NCBI GenBank assembly: GCA_003971905.1 | Contig: RSEE01000100.1 | Coordinates: forward strand, 186,001 to 240,049 | From: Moniliella sp. 'wahieum' | Taxonomy: Eukaryota | Reading direction: 5' to 3' | DNA: 54,049 nt | Part shown: in pieces, positions 11,242 through 24,924 of the stretch | Layout: every line of letters starts with the position of its first letter | Position numbering within the stretch: the stretch's first letter is position 1 | The notes under the pieces: model-generated | The model's database searches: none | The model's input: only the letters and a program-made list of their open reading frames with translations | Told to the model about the DNA's origin: nothing | Program-made: the position numbers and the translations under genes

Positions 11242-14200
11242 TCAAGCTTCATTTGAGCCCACGGGCTTTGAAGCGCGCTTGAAGGAGAGCCGGCCCAGCA
11301 CTCGGCGGCACCCCGCAAACGGGTTCAAGGAAATGTTGCTGCGCTTAGTGAGCCAGAAGATGGGACAGGCAACGCCTGAAGCAGCGATCTGTCACGAACC
11401 ATAGGTTAGCCTTCTGTACACAGTACACACACGACTGGAGATAACGCACAAAACAAATCAGCACGCCGAATGCAGTCCACGGTAATTGAAGGGCATGTCC
11501 AGAGTCTTGAGGAAATCATCGCCAGTGGCGTACTGGCAGTAGTCACACAAGTCCGTCGCGTTCGGGTTGTAGATCCGGCCGCCGGCCTCGGTAGCCCAAG
11601 CGCCAGCGTACTGCCCACATGTTTGTCCTGGGGGAGGGATAAAGTGGAAGAGATCAGAGCGGGCACACCACTTTCCGACCGTGTAAAATGTTGCCCACTT
11701 GGCCTCGGACGTAATGGGCGATAGGGTTAGCCCAGTACACCGCCTTCCAGATCCCAGGAAGAGAGCATGTGGAATGACGCTGCAAACATGAGGGTTAGTC
11801 ACGATGAAAGCATGTCATGGAACGGCATACTTACACTCCGTTGGCAATAAAGAGCAAGGGAAGGACCAGTGGTACACCCTGGGACGCGATAGTGGCAGTC
11901 GGTGCGGTGCACGCGACGAGAAGGAGAAGACCAAAGCATAAACCGACAGGAGAAGTGTCATAAGGTAGAAGTAGCCCGCCCGCCAGGTTGCCTCGGAGTA
12001 GAATGCAATGTAGAATGCTGGGAGGAAGCTGGAGTAGGAGTCACAGTTAGCGTACGGTAACACAACATATAGTGAGAGAGGACGATAGACGTACTAGACA
12101 GTGGCAGTCAGGGCAGCCAGTGGGAGAGCGAGCGCAATCATGCTCACAATGAGCACCCACCAAGCATAGACCTTGCTTTTGTCCTCGCGAGCATCAAAAA
12201 TGTTGGTCAACTCGAACCAGCGGGCTAGGATACTGTTGATATAAACCGGAATGAAAGCAAAATCAAGATGACGAGGAAGGCCCCTCCTTGCAGCCCATGC
12301 ACATTCCAGTCCATATGAGCGTAGAGGGCGGACCCGACAAACCGGTGAGAAGTATCTGTTGTATAACAAAAAGAGGGTGTGAGCCAACAGTGCACGCAGT
12401 CAACCGAAATCGCAGACATAGGAAACGTACGAGAAAATGAGCGAGTATGTAAAGGAACGTCACGGTAAGCATCCTTGTATTGACGAATGACCACTTCCCG
12501 AATCTGGGTCAAGGCTGGGGCGGCGAATTCGCCGGCCAACTCGGGTTGACAGCATCACCTGCGAACTTGCTGCGACGGCATTCGTTTGTTCGATCATTGC
12601 TTCCACCTCGCGCCGTTCAGGGCTGGCATCCCACACCGAGGACCAGTGTCTCGTGGGTCGCGTGTGGTCGCTGTCAACTCCAAAATATATTCGGCGACGT
12701 TGTCGTTGGGTCACAAGGAGGGGCATTAGCACGTTCGAAATAGGAGCGAATCTTGTTGCTGTTGCGGGAAGCCATAGCCAATGCCTCGTCTTTGCTGTTG
12801 ACCACACCCTGGTCACCAATCTCGCCATTGTACACTACCCCCGGCCACCGTTCTGGAGAAGAAGGCACCGGTCGAATTGCTGGAACAGGTCTCACTGGGC
12901 TGGTGGATGGTGCAAACAATGGCTTGGCCGGACTGGGCCAAACGACGGAGCAAGCGACAGATTGCTGCACGCCCTGCCGAGTCCAGGCCACTGGTCGGTT
13001 CGTCAAGGAAGAAGAGCGAGAGAAGGCTTAGCGGCAAGCTCAACAGCAATTGTCACTCGTTGCGGCGCTCAATGCTCAGACCTGCACCGGGCTGGCCAAT
13101 CAACGCATCCTGCAAATCCTCCAGCTCAAGAAGCGCAAGATCTCATCCACATCGCGCATTTTTGGGCATGCGGAACGGAGTGTGGGCTTCGTAGCACGGC
13201 CGAGAACGCAATTGCTTCCCTCACCGTCTGGGTCGGGAGATGGATGTCACCCTGCATCACGAACCCGACCGTCTTTCCAAAGGATGCAGGCAATGGACCC
13301 CCGTCAACCTCCACCTTTCCTTCCATTTTCCCAAAGTTGATCCGTTGGGCAATAGCGTTCATCGCCGTGGTCTTTCCAGCTCCCGAAGACCCCATCACTG
13401 TCACAAAACGCGTCAGCTTTTCTGTTCCATACAAAGATGTGGGCGCGTACAGCCATAGGAGGAATCAACAAGCAATCATTTCTCCAGCCAGGCCGCGCCA
13501 AGCCAGAAACTTGGTGCAGAAGCTCCCTGCCATTGTCAAGGGTGAGGTTGAGTCCCTCCAAGACAGAACAGGACGGTCGTCGAAGTTCGTCTGCGGAGAA
13601 GGCATGGATCCGGCGTCGTGCGCAAATGAGGAAGACCGGGACGGTACCGGAGTACTGTCGTTATCTGGAATGGAAGACGGGTCTTTCCCTGCTTCTCCTC
13701 CAGGCATTCGGCGTAGCGCGGCGAATAGCCTCCTTGGCCCGCTTGGTGCGGGCGAAGACAGTGACTGAGGCTCCGCTTCCCCAAAATTGTCTCGGAGGCA
13801 ACGAGAGTGACCAACAAGTATAGTGCAGAGAATGCACAGGAAATCCCATGGCACGTCCAAGGTGGTTCAATTTGTAGCCATAGGCCGCCTGTAGGTAGTC
13901 TTTACCCGGCACCACAATCTCCCCGGTCGACTGCAGCCAAGAGACAGGTCTGGTACCGAGCGTCACGGAGCTCTGAGAAAGGGGCAATGGAAGTGGGAAC
14001 ACAGGGGATATTTTCCCGGAAGTTGTTGGCCATCAAAGCTTCAAGAATGTATGCCACATTTCCGACGTATGACAACCACACACCCCCAACCCATCTCACG
14101 GCGGGCTGGACATAGCCACAATAGATGAAGATGACGTTAAGTGCCAACGTGCACCATCTGTTCATGATACAGTCAGCCCCCAAAATACCTGAGAATGACG

Positions 14201-16304
14201 CAACGGAGCAGAAGGATCCAGATACTCACCGGATAGCCTCGCTGAAGCCAGGAGACAATGCACAAAAGGCACGGTACATTTGCGTGATTGCGTAGGTACC
14301 AAAGAACGTCAGAAGCCAAAAGAGGGCCCATGCCTCACCCTTTACGCGCAGATGAGATAGGAAGTACAGCACAACTAGGGGACAGAAGAGTCAGTATAAA
14401 CATGGATAAATGGATCAGACATGAAGTTAATCAACGTACTGCAAAAGGGGGTAATGAGCAGGAAGATGTGAGGGATATCGGCGATGGCACGGGCAATGAC
14501 GGTTGCAGAGGGTCGAGCAAACCCAAATCGTTTGTGGCGGTCGAGAATGGTGCGACCGTTGACAGCAATCCAAACTTCGGAGAGCATTGACCATCCGACA
14601 AAGACCGAGGAGAAGGAAAGGATACCTGCAGCAAGGAACGCTCCCTCCGAATCGTTTTTGGCATTCCAAAAGAGTGATCCAATATAAAGCGGCACGATCG
14701 TAGCGGTGATAAGCTGGATGACATCCCACCGGTTGGCCCACTTCAGCAGCAACTCACGGCGCATGACCGCGTCAACTTGCTTCCAAAAAGGCACAGTAAA
14801 GTTGCTGGCCTTGCGCACCCCGTTGTTCTTCTCGCTACGCACATGTTTCTTGAGTCCATCCGCTTCTTGCATTTGTCCTGCTGTAATCGCACCGAGGTAG
14901 TCCGCATGCTGAGCTTGGAGCTGGGCATAGAGTGGGCTAGCAATCCAAGCAGCCTCACGCGATGCTGAATCCTGCGGCGCGCGTCCTTCAAACCCTTCCC
15001 GCACTACCATCTGCTGCGGATCCGTGACGGCAGTGACAAAGTCGCACGTAGTTTGGCGTGGACCGGCGTAGTAGCCCAAGTCAACAAAGTATTGGCGCAC
15101 TTGGTCGCGGGGGCCGTAGTAAATAACGCGTCCTTGGTCCATGACAGCAACCATGTCAAACTGGACAAGGATACTTTCACTAACCTGATACAAGGTGACA
15201 AGGAGAGTACGCTGCGATACATCTGCAATCAAGCGAAGCGAACGGGCATAGTCTAGCGCCGTGGAGGCATCCAGGCCACGGGTGGTGTTGTCGTTGGCTT
15301 GAACCGCAGCACGGGTGGCCATCGACTCGGCGATGGTCACTCGCTTCCGTTCACCCCCAGAAACACCACGCACCGTCTCATTCCCAACGATGGTGTCTCG
15401 AACGTGGGGCATACCGAACATATCCAGGTAGACGTTGACCAGTTGTTCGATAAACTCTTCCCGCGTCTGGCCCCCACGGGTGGTAGACCGGGGCACCTTG
15501 GACCGCAGAGCGAACCGAAGCGTCTCGGCTACGGAAAGTTTAGCAAAGTGATCATCCTCTTCACCCAGAAAAACGACCTATGTTACCAGAATGGCTGTCA
15601 GTACACTGTCACAACAACCCCTCGCGAAGCCAAAAGAGAAAAGATAGGAGGCCGACGTACCTCGCCACGGAATTTGGTCTGAATCTCCTCGGAGGAGAGG
15701 CCACCGTAAGTGATATCGCCACCCGGAGTGACCGAAGGATCAAGCGAAGAAGTGATGGCTTTGAGGAAAGTAGTACATCCGGATCCAGGGCTGCCGAGCA
15801 CGAGAAGCATCTGTCCCGCACGGAGCAGGCCAGTGGTGGGGTGGATGATGTGAACTAGGTCCTTCCCGCCAGGTGTGAACTTGCGGAGGGGAGGTATGAG
15901 GGTCGATAGAATGTTCCAAGGATCACGCCAGACCGTGTTCCCGATCGCGATGGGCGTCGTCTTGACTAACACACCCCCAGCAACAGCCTTAGCGGGGGCG
16001 ATACGCTCAGGTTGGTCCACGCCACGCCCAAAGGCTTGGTGTCGGTGGGGGACTGATGGCTCTTGGCCAACAGAAATTTGCGAAGGTTGAAGCCGTCCTC
16101 ATTGTCGTTCTCGTCTCCCAATTCAACAGCGTCAGGGTTTGAGCCTGCATGGGAGAGAGTTTGAGCAAGGCTGCGTGCCTCCTGCTCGGCCTCCACTTGC
16201 TCAAGATGAAGGCGTGCCTGAGGAATATCCACTGCGTGAGCAGCGGCTTCGCCCCATGTGCCGTCGACGGCACTTACAGTACGCTCAAGCGCCTTTTCAC
16301 CCAT
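11242..16304 (-). CDS. Full-size PDR-type (ABCG) ABC transporter, NBD-TMD-NBD-TMD, with introns and frameshifts
   Basis: NBD1: degenerate Walker [10 protein letters not shown], signature [25 protein letters not shown]2: [50 protein letters not shown] Cys-rich loops: [24 protein letters not shown]. The stop is placed after ...KPVGSNEA*. Confidence 0.95.
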
Positions 16305-16454
16305 TGTGCGTGCTCAATAGATGTGGAACTCCGTAGGAACCGCAATTTAGGATGAAAGCTTGGGCTTGGCTGAAGGCGCTCAGCCTGGTGGTTTAAGGCA
16401 GCGATAAGCGAGAGGGCTTTTCCTGGACGGTATTCTTCAGCATCGGACCGATAC

Positions 16455-16461
16455 TTATATA
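16455..16461 (-). promoter_or_regulatory. Putative TATA box of the ABC transporter
   Basis: TATATAA on the minus strand about 150 nt upstream of the ATG at 16304. Confidence 0.55.
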
Positions 16462-17252
16462 CCTCGCCTCAATTGGCCTTGATCCTGCGCGAAAAGAAAT
16501 CGCACACTCAGTGGGCCACAAGTCTGGATATAGCGGGTGTAGGCAAGGAGTTATCGCCGATCGCGCCGGTCGACCGTTCGACCCGCCCGGGATGTGCAGG
16601 CGTTAGTATGAAGAAGGGTTCAGCCTGGGCGTTCAGGCTGAGTCCAGGTGTGATGCAATGGAAATATTACGTCGCCACTACTCTTGTCCTTCAGCGCTTC
16701 GCCTTGCCATCAATGATCATCGATTCTCGATCATGCACATGTGCACCTATCGATCATTGACGTTTTTTAATATGTTACACGTGAAACCCGTCAAACATTG
16801 GGCGTTGCACTGACATGTAACAGGCAATCTTCTCCCGCCGGCATCGGCTAGCACTCGGCCTCGGCCTGAAAGGACGCGGACCTCGAACCGCCTGACGCGT
16901 TACCTCGGCGGTTTCTGCCATGTCTTAGATGCATTGGTTCTCCGGATGCCGCCGTACGCTGCACGGGTGCCCCCCCCCAGGGCTTAGTCAGGCTCAATCC
17001 CGGCTCCTGGAACACGGCGATTGCGGACTGTTACAACCGCTCCCCCTCGGTGTTTAGCAGGCGTTGCAGGCGAAGCTGGGGCCTCTGGCCCCGCTTGCAA
17101 AACTTTTCACAGGAGAGGCGCTGTCGATGATAGCATTGTCAAGACATTCCACCCATCCACCATGGGAAAACGAAAACATGCTGTGACCATGACATGTGAC
17201 GGTGAGGCGCCCCTACCGTCTCCTGCCGATGAATGATTAATGAAATTCGACA

Positions 17253-17287
17253 AGCGATAATCGATAACACGTCACGCGTCAGATCTC
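17253..17287. repeat. 7-bp lattice array AGCGAT-a-ATCGAT-a-ACACGT-c-ACGCGT-c-AGATCT-c
   Basis: Five consecutive A-N4-T-N units start at 17253, 17260, 17267, 17274 and 17281, each with a different core. Confidence 0.8.
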
Positions 17288-19788
17288 AGAAGGCGCCTTC
17301 GACGTCCAGCGCGCTCAGCCTGTGAGGCTGAGTACTCCAGCTGAGTGCACCCAGAGTGTGGGTTTCGATCCGCTACTGAGTGTACTGGAGTCTCAGTACG
17401 GAGTTACTGAGCCTTCACTGACAGCGCGTGGCCACTTGTGATATACGCAACTGGGACCTGTTACATAGTGACAACTACCACAACAGAGAGAGGCCATGAT
17501 GGTGGCGACAGCAGCAGATCAGGGCCCTTTTTTGGCTCCACCATTTCCCCCCCAAATCGGATCTTGTGTGGGCGAGTACACGGGTGGACGTGGTGGATAC
17601 ATGAGTGCGGGTGAGCGCCGCGGTGATGCATCCAAGAAGCGTGCACTTATTCGACTTCTCGATGGTTGTAACATGATCATGTGGGCGTTAAATTTTGGTC
17701 GTACAGTGCCTTCCCGTCTCCACACGCCATGCTTCACACATAGCGGCACCAAAAGGGGGGGGGGGCACGTAAGTTGAGCGCTCGTTGAGCGCAGAGCGCC
17801 TCTTCTGAGAAAGGCCTGATAAACTATTTCACATTTTTCTCACGACAAAATGCATATCCATACTTGAAGCGTGAGCGCTTGAGCAGCCCACATGCAGCTT
17901 TCCTTCCCTGGTGGGATATGTCTCATCGTGTACCACACTTTCGGGGACGCATATATGGCCTTCCTTGTCCCCGAACTCCTTGAGCCCTTCGACCTGTGGT
18001 CCACCAGGGCCCTCCGTTCCTCTCCTGCGGGTGTGGCATGCACATGTGAAGCTTGAAGCTTGAAGAGGCCTGAAACTCGAAGGATCACCGGCACCGGTCA
18101 CCTGAGGCGTAATTAATGATTGTCGCAGCCACACCGGTCACCCGAGATCATCGATCAAGCTGAGTTTTGTCAAGCACACAACAAACCAGAACTGCAATGG
18201 CATGCAACACTACTGTGGGCGTTCAGTGTTATGGAGAAGGGCTCATTCGTACCCACGCGCTACCTCCGGTTTGGAAGAGAGTAGCGGCGTCGGAGGGTCC
18301 TGACCTACTGGCGGATCCGCTGACTTCTTAAACGGTTTTGACACCGCAGTACTCCGCGGATGAGCCGGTCGGTTTTGGCCGTTTAATAACCCCGTTTCTT
18401 AATGCGTAAACGTTAAACCCTGGAAATGACATGACTAGTGACTGCGCACATTATGTGGTGTGCAGGACTATGGTGGAACGGTGGAAGATGTATAATGATC
18501 GAGATCAAGCAATTGCCTCTTAAGGACTTGGTCCTCTTTCCAGAAATGACTGGGATGACTCGATGGCCGCGGAGATTCTGTGACCTTACACGTTGACCTA
18601 TATGATGGTCATGCATCACTGCTGACCGAGGTGGAAGTGACCTCGTGTGTGAATCACACTTTTTTTTCGACGTGTGGCGTTTTCGACTCCATGATAACTT
18701 CTGGATTCGCCACCGCCTTCGGATGTCCATGGACCACCATCTCCATTTGCTCTGCTCTTGAGCTCCTCCTGATGGACGTTAATAGATGCTGGACCCTTGG
18801 TTACACGGTTACTTGCATTACATGTTACACGTTACATGATCGATCCGGCACCTGCTTGGTCAGGCGCCTGACTGGTGGTCCTATGATTCCCTCCTCTCCT
18901 TCTTTCCTCTACCTGGTCAGGCTTATAGTAGTCCACTGGGCATACCACTGTCCGTATCAAGCTGCATTTGAATCACCATGGCACTCAGTGCTGCTGTCCC
19001 AAGATTTTGTGATAACTCGAGGATCAGACTGCTAGAGAGTGCGACTTAGGAAGAGATATTCCTACCGGCTCCAGCGTGAAATCTGGGAAGAAGAATGCGC
19101 CACAAGGACCCCCCATTTGGGCCACCGGCGCCACTACACCAGTGTGGCACCCCAGAGACTGGCTGCGAGATGTCTGAGCCAATAATAGAGACTAGTATTA
19201 GTCCGTGGGGTCTCTATGAGACTCAAGTTAGGGCGAAGCGCAAAGCCCCGGGACATGTGATACATGTAATGTACAGCGACTGTTCATTAACATTGGCGCG
19301 GAGTTTACCGTAGTAAGGCTGCGGTAAACAAACGCTGAGTTATAACCTAGCCTGCTCAGCGCTGAGTATAGAAGCGCTGAGCCGCGCTCAAAACGCCATG
19401 TCGGCCACCCTGGGATCATCGAGATCATCCTCTACAAATCATGACCACCCCCCCCAGCCAGATTGCAGTCGAGGCGGCAGCCATCTTGTTGATGAGTAAA
19501 ACGTGGCTCATCGATCATCGGGCTCGTCGAGCTAGATCGACGGGCTGGCGTGTGCCGCTTGTTGACGCCAAGCCCCCGTTTAGGAAACCAGAGAAATCGC
19601 CAGCAGGTCAGGACACTGTTAGGACGACCTTCTTCGGCGCAATAAACCACAGCTCCATGTATACGGGACTCGGAGCTCAGATCGGACCGAAGCCATGGTG
19701 ATCCTCTCGATCGCGTGTATCCATACCTTTCTGTGCCCCTCAACCCTCAACCCACGCCTCAGGCCTCATGGTCTCATCCTTATCCTCC

Positions 19789-22067
19789 TCATCCTCCGCC
19801 TCCACATGCCCTTTCACTAGGCGCGGAGCTTCCGCATCCTCCAGCTCCTACGCTCCCACACTGTCCACGGCCCGCACACGACGCGAATCCGCCTATGGAG
19901 GCACAGCCACCTGAACCACATGAGCCTGCACCCACCCACCACACCACCACAGGTCCCAGCTACGCACCCTCCAGGACATCGCTGTCCACGGCTGCGCACG
20001 CAGGGTTGCCTGCATACATGCCCGAAGCTGATCCGGCCGTGATCCACGGGTCGGGGCGGTAGGGAGCAGCATACGGTACGTACGCAGGATAGATACCCCA
20101 GGCCAACGAGCTGGTCTCCGTTTCGCCCCCCATATGTTCCCGTTTCTCATCCGATGCCGGGACGAAAAAGCAAGCCTCGTTGTGCCGGCGCCGTTTTGTT
20201 GCCTCAGCCTGGGAGAGGAGACGGAGGCGCCTTACGGTTTCTTGTTGTTGTACAATCGCTTCATTCCCCTCGGTCGGGATGGCATTGTGGGCCGAAATGT
20301 GGGGAAAGTGTTTGGGCCGGCTGGGGTGGGTGGCGAGGTGGGCATGGAGCGCATCTGAGTTGCTTTGTGTGAGAGGCTGTCGAGGACGAAAACAAGAGGG
20401 CTGGAGAGATGCGGTTGGTCTGGCCTTCCCGTACAGCTTCGCAGTACCAACAGGTACACTCTGAGTACGGCTGACCATTGGTCAACTTGGTGTATCGCTT
20501 GGCGGTGAGCTCAAATCCATCGCTCAACCTACCCGAGGCGACCTTGTCGTCATGGTTGATCATTCGCTTCATATGGTGCTTCGTGTAGCAGTAGTACCGT
20601 TCCGGCGAGAGTTGGTGGGTGTGCCAGGCCAAGTCAACGTCGAGCGTAGGCACCGCAAGATCCCCCGGATACTGTTTGATAATATTAAGAAAGTGGTGTA
20701 CTTGTTGATCAATCGGGCAATCGTTTGATCCAGTGCAAATGAGTGCAGCCAATCAATCTCGTCCATCTTCCGGACAAATGTACCTTGTCGTAGCACAGCC
20801 CCGACCAAGTCCAGACCAAACGGCGACGAGTTTTCCCAATAGCGCGACATCATTGATCGAATACTGACGCGTCGTACTTTGGCAGTAGCCCGGGTGACGG
20901 GTTGACATTGTCCTACAGCTCGTAGAACCGCTCGGTCCGAGCAGCCCGCCTGGATCACATCACGCACGATGGCCATGGTAATGTGTGGATAAATGCTGAG
21001 ATCGAGCTTCTGAGTGAGCGGGGCTCTGACCCCGTACTTCAAAAAGTTGCTCCCATAGGACTGGAGCATGATTCTTCGGCCGGTGCCTGGAATACGGCCA
21101 TCAACGCAAAGATGGTTCCCGGCATCGCCTCGTCCCACGACTTGAGCTCGCAAAGTCGGCGCGAAACTTTTCCACACGCAGGTCATCGTGGGTGATACAA
21201 GAGCCACAGGAAGTGCAGTGGGTTACCATGTTGTAATCGGTAAAGCCGCGAGTGGCGTGGAACCAAGGTTTGTCCAAGTCGCCCAGTCGCCCCCGGTCGC
21301 CCACGGTACCTCTTGCTCATTCTTGCAGCGTGGACACTTGATTTTCTTACCGGCCTTGTCTTCCTGGTTGCGCCAGGTACATCCTGTGGCCCGTTCAAAT
21401 GCTTCGGCCGCCTCGGCAGGAGGGAGATAATCAAGCGAATCGTTGATGCAGGCATCAATCAGTGCCCAAGGGAAGCCTGCTTTCCACACCTGCATGTGCC
21501 CCGTACGAAGGCAATCTTCAAGATAGATGACGGGATTAAGGCAAAACGCATGCCAGACCATTAGTACATCGAGTGGAGGGAGATTCTGGGTGTTCCACAG
21601 CGGCGAGGCCGACGGCGAGGGGGTGGTATTCATGGCCTTTTCCATGTCAGTGGCCGACTCCACCATCTCCACCGTGAGGACCGTGCATGAGGAGGGTAAG
21701 CAAGCATTCCAAAACCGCTCAAACCGATCTGCCGCTCGCGCCACGTACACCGCCCAGCGCTTTTCTCGCATCAACGCCAAGCCTCTGTTTCGATCGTCCT
21801 GACTCCTAAACTGAAATAGCACGTCCTCATCGCGCAGCCCAAACAGACCATCCACATGGGCAATCGAGTCTCGCAGATCGGCAAAGACAGCGAGCAGGCG
21901 TAAATGGGCAACGCATTCGTCTGCTGTGATGGTCTGTGTGGTGTCGTTGGGGGCGATGCGGGGGAACGTGCGGAGAGGTAATGGTAAGCTGTAGGGCGGC
22001 GGAGGGTCGTCGGGAACTGGGGCGAGGGCGGGGGCCCCTTCTCGGTTTTGGAGGAGGTGGCAGTCAT
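19789..22067 (-). CDS. Glycine-rich domain-containing (GRDP/DUF1399-like) protein, copy 1; frameshifted
   Basis: Motifs: REKRWAVYVARAADRFERFW, LPPLDVLMVWHAFCLNP, SPFGLDLVGAVLRQGTFVRKMDEIDWLHS, AVPTLDVDLAWHTHQLSP, INHDDKV, YSECTCWYCEAVRE, HISAHNA. The Cys/Gly tail ends ...ERACGGGG*. Confidence 0.88.
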
Positions 22068-23649
22068 AAGAGCGGTGAGGCTACTCGGCGTTAGTGCGAT
22101 GGGGCAAGTGCTAGGCGGGAGTGCGGTCGAAGGGGTTGAAAGGAGGGGGGGAGAGGGCTCAGTCGACGGGAGATGAGTAACTGAGTCCCAAGTCAAGAGA
22201 GAGGGGACAATGGTTGATGGCAAGGTAAAGAGAGGTGAGCAAGAGAGACCTCAGGTATGCCCCAACAAAGAGTGAGGTCACTGCTGAGAGATTGATAGGA
22301 GTGGCCGATGGTTTGGCCGGAGGTTCTTGCATCGCGGTACTCAGTGCATCCGCAGTTGCGGAGGAAAGCCACCTGGATGCCATCGGCACGGGAAAAGGAT
22401 ACAGGCCCAGTGCCCCTGCTTGGCAGGCACACTGGTCCTCTGCATCGCATCTCAGATCTCCACAATCTCACTTTGACACGCCCACATTTTCCGCAGCCGA
22501 GCATAGGAGTGTGGTGCTGTGGCTGCTAGCCGTATCCACATCGGGTCTACCACCGGCAGATAAAGTACCGATGTTCAAATGTCGTAACTGGGAAGCGCTG
22601 GGGCAGCTGATGAAGTGACATCGCACACGCTCACGCCCATTGCCACCGCCCCCCACTGTCTCCGCAGCCGACACGGAGGCATCCTGTGCTGGCGACGTTT
22701 ACTAGTACACACAAGTGACGCGTTACGCATTACGGAGCGCAATTACTAAGCCTATCCCATGGGGTACCTACTCTGTTAACCTTGTGTAGCTAACTCTACT
22801 ACGTACGTACTGACTCAACCCAAGCACTAATAAACAGGGTTCTTAGATTTTCCACGCTACGCCCAGCTGCGCCTTTGTGATGCAATGCAAGTGAATGGAG
22901 TTGTCGCCGGTCTAGCTGGGCTACGTGAAGGTTTGGCCTCCCGGGCAAGCTGTCGGATCAGTTGATCACCCAGCTCGAGCAGTGTTCCATTTTTGTGGAT
23001 GGGAACATGAACGGTGAGGCCGAAGGAGGAGAGGGGGCGTGGGTAAGCGGAAAGCGAAGCCTGAGAAGAATGAACAAAATCAGGGGATGGTAGTACAGAG
23101 AAGAACGCGCCGAGGCGGGGGGTGGGGGTGGGAGCACATCGGTTGGTTCGCGCGTGCCGCTGCCCCCCCCCCGACTCTGGGCACACGACGAGAAAAGCCC
23201 AGGCAAGTCGTCCGAGGCTCGTCGTTCGAGGATGGTAAGGGGGCAGGAAGACGTAGCCACTTGGCCCAGGGAGGGGAGAATCCGGTCTGGGTAGGTGCAA
23301 GGTGCACGCGTCACGCCAAGGACGGGCTGCGGAGCAAGCCGACTGGCCCGCTGCGAACGAAAAGACGGGATTGCCCGGATACAGTGGGAAGAGAACAGGG
23401 AAAATGGAAGGGGTAGTGACCGAGAGCCGGAGGGGGGTCATGAGGAAACGAAATGGGGAAGGGTGAGATCTGAGAGTCCTGAGAGAGTGAGAGGCAATCT
23501 TGGACCAGAGCATCTGCCGAGAAGACCAACACGGGCAAATGAGAAGCCCGATCGATCGGTGTGGAGAGAGCGGTCGAGGTGAAGGTGGATGGTGATGGGT
23601 CGGGAGGTGAGCTAGCGTTGATCAAGGCAGAGGTCCAGAGAGATGGCAG

Positions 23650-24924
23650 CTACCCTGCCCGCGCGTGGGCGTGGGCGTGAGCATGGGCATGGGCACCAGG
23701 GTCGGAGGTGTGAGGGCTGGCAGTGTGGCCGGTCTGCTGAATGATCTGGATGACGTACTGTTTCTCGTCGGCAAACTGCTCATCGTCACGCTCGTTGTGG
23801 AAATCAGAGAGGAACGTCACTAGTCGATCGCGGTTGCGGCGCAAGATGTGTTCCACGGCCGGAGGCTTGCGCGGGTTGGCGACAAAGACTTTGAACACAT
23901 GAAACGCCTCGAACTGAATGTTCTTCGACCGGTCCTTGAGCAGGTTCATCATCAGCTTCAGATTCTGCTCATTGCCAATGTACCGCGTCATGACCGAGAA
24001 GTTGGTCTTGTCCAAAGGATCTCGCCGAGGAGCTTGAGCGACTGTCGCTTCGTCACATAGTTGCTGCTGTTGAGCAAGCCAGTGTACATGGCGATAAAGC
24101 GATCGTAATCCCCTTCGAGAAAGGCGGCCACCATGGGCTTGTGCCTGGTGAGCAGGTCCTTGAAAGCACTAAACGCATCGCACGATACGCCAAACGAGGT
24201 TTTTTCAATGTAATCGGGGAATGTGTAGAAACTGGAGGGTGGGGGGAAGGAGGAAGGGGCAAGCAAGGTCAGCTTGTCTTTGCAACAGTCTCGGCACTTA
24301 GGGGAGGCAACGTACTTTTCCGAGTAAAGGAGGATCTTGGCGATCGACTCGTGCCGGATCATCTCCCTGAGGATCATGCCTGTATTGAGAGCAGTGTCGG
24401 GGTGGGAGTAGCCACGAAGTGCGAGGAAGATGATGTTGGGCTTTTGGGTAATGTACTCGACAGTGGGAAGGCGAGAACCGATCTGGCGGCGCAGCAACGC
24501 CGAGAAAATCTGGACCACATCCTTGCGAGCCTCAAACTCGAGACGCCAAGAATGGTGATGAGGACACTGAGTGTATCGTGGGTGTACATCTCCTGGGCCA
24601 GTTGGGCCACCATTTCGGGCTGGGGATCACCGCCCTCGCTGCTGCCCCTGCCATGCCGGCCGGGATCTCGTCGCCCTGGAGCAAGGCCTTGATGTGAATC
24701 AGGGTGCGGGAGACGTCCTCTTCGAGGGCTTTCTGGCGGGAGGGAACAGTGGGGAGGGGCGCGGGGGGGCGCTGTTGGCGGCCGGGTTGGAGGAGACGAC
24801 GGCGGTCGTGCCGGGGGCGCCACCGGGGGGCGGGGGCGGCGGCATCGAGCTTGGCGAGTGTGTCGTGGAGGTGGCGGACGATGTCGGCGGGGGTGCGCTG
24901 GCGGGAGCGGAAGATGAAGTTCAT
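23650..24924 (-). CDS. HYM1: MO25/CAB39-family scaffold (RAM/MOR network)
   Basis: Motifs: [86 protein letters not shown]. One intron at 24315-24232 (GTACGT...CAG). Confidence 0.96.

Noticed and set aside
12653..13768. Long antisense or alternate-frame ORFs (e.g. 371 aa here, 25255-26283, 28282-29325, 32067-32882)
   Set aside because: These are shadow ORFs of real genes, expected in GC-rich coding DNA.
18580..19035. 151-aa plus-strand ORF in the large intergenic gap
   Set aside because: It has a non-ATG start and no recognisable motifs, and it contains a lattice repeat typical of non-coding DNA.
22857..23513. 218-aa minus-strand ORF (MLWSKIASHSLRTLR...)
   Set aside because: It is a low-complexity Pro/Ser/Leu translation of CT-rich sequence with no recognisable domain. 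It is probably HYM1 3'UTR or intergenic, though a small gene cannot be fully excluded.
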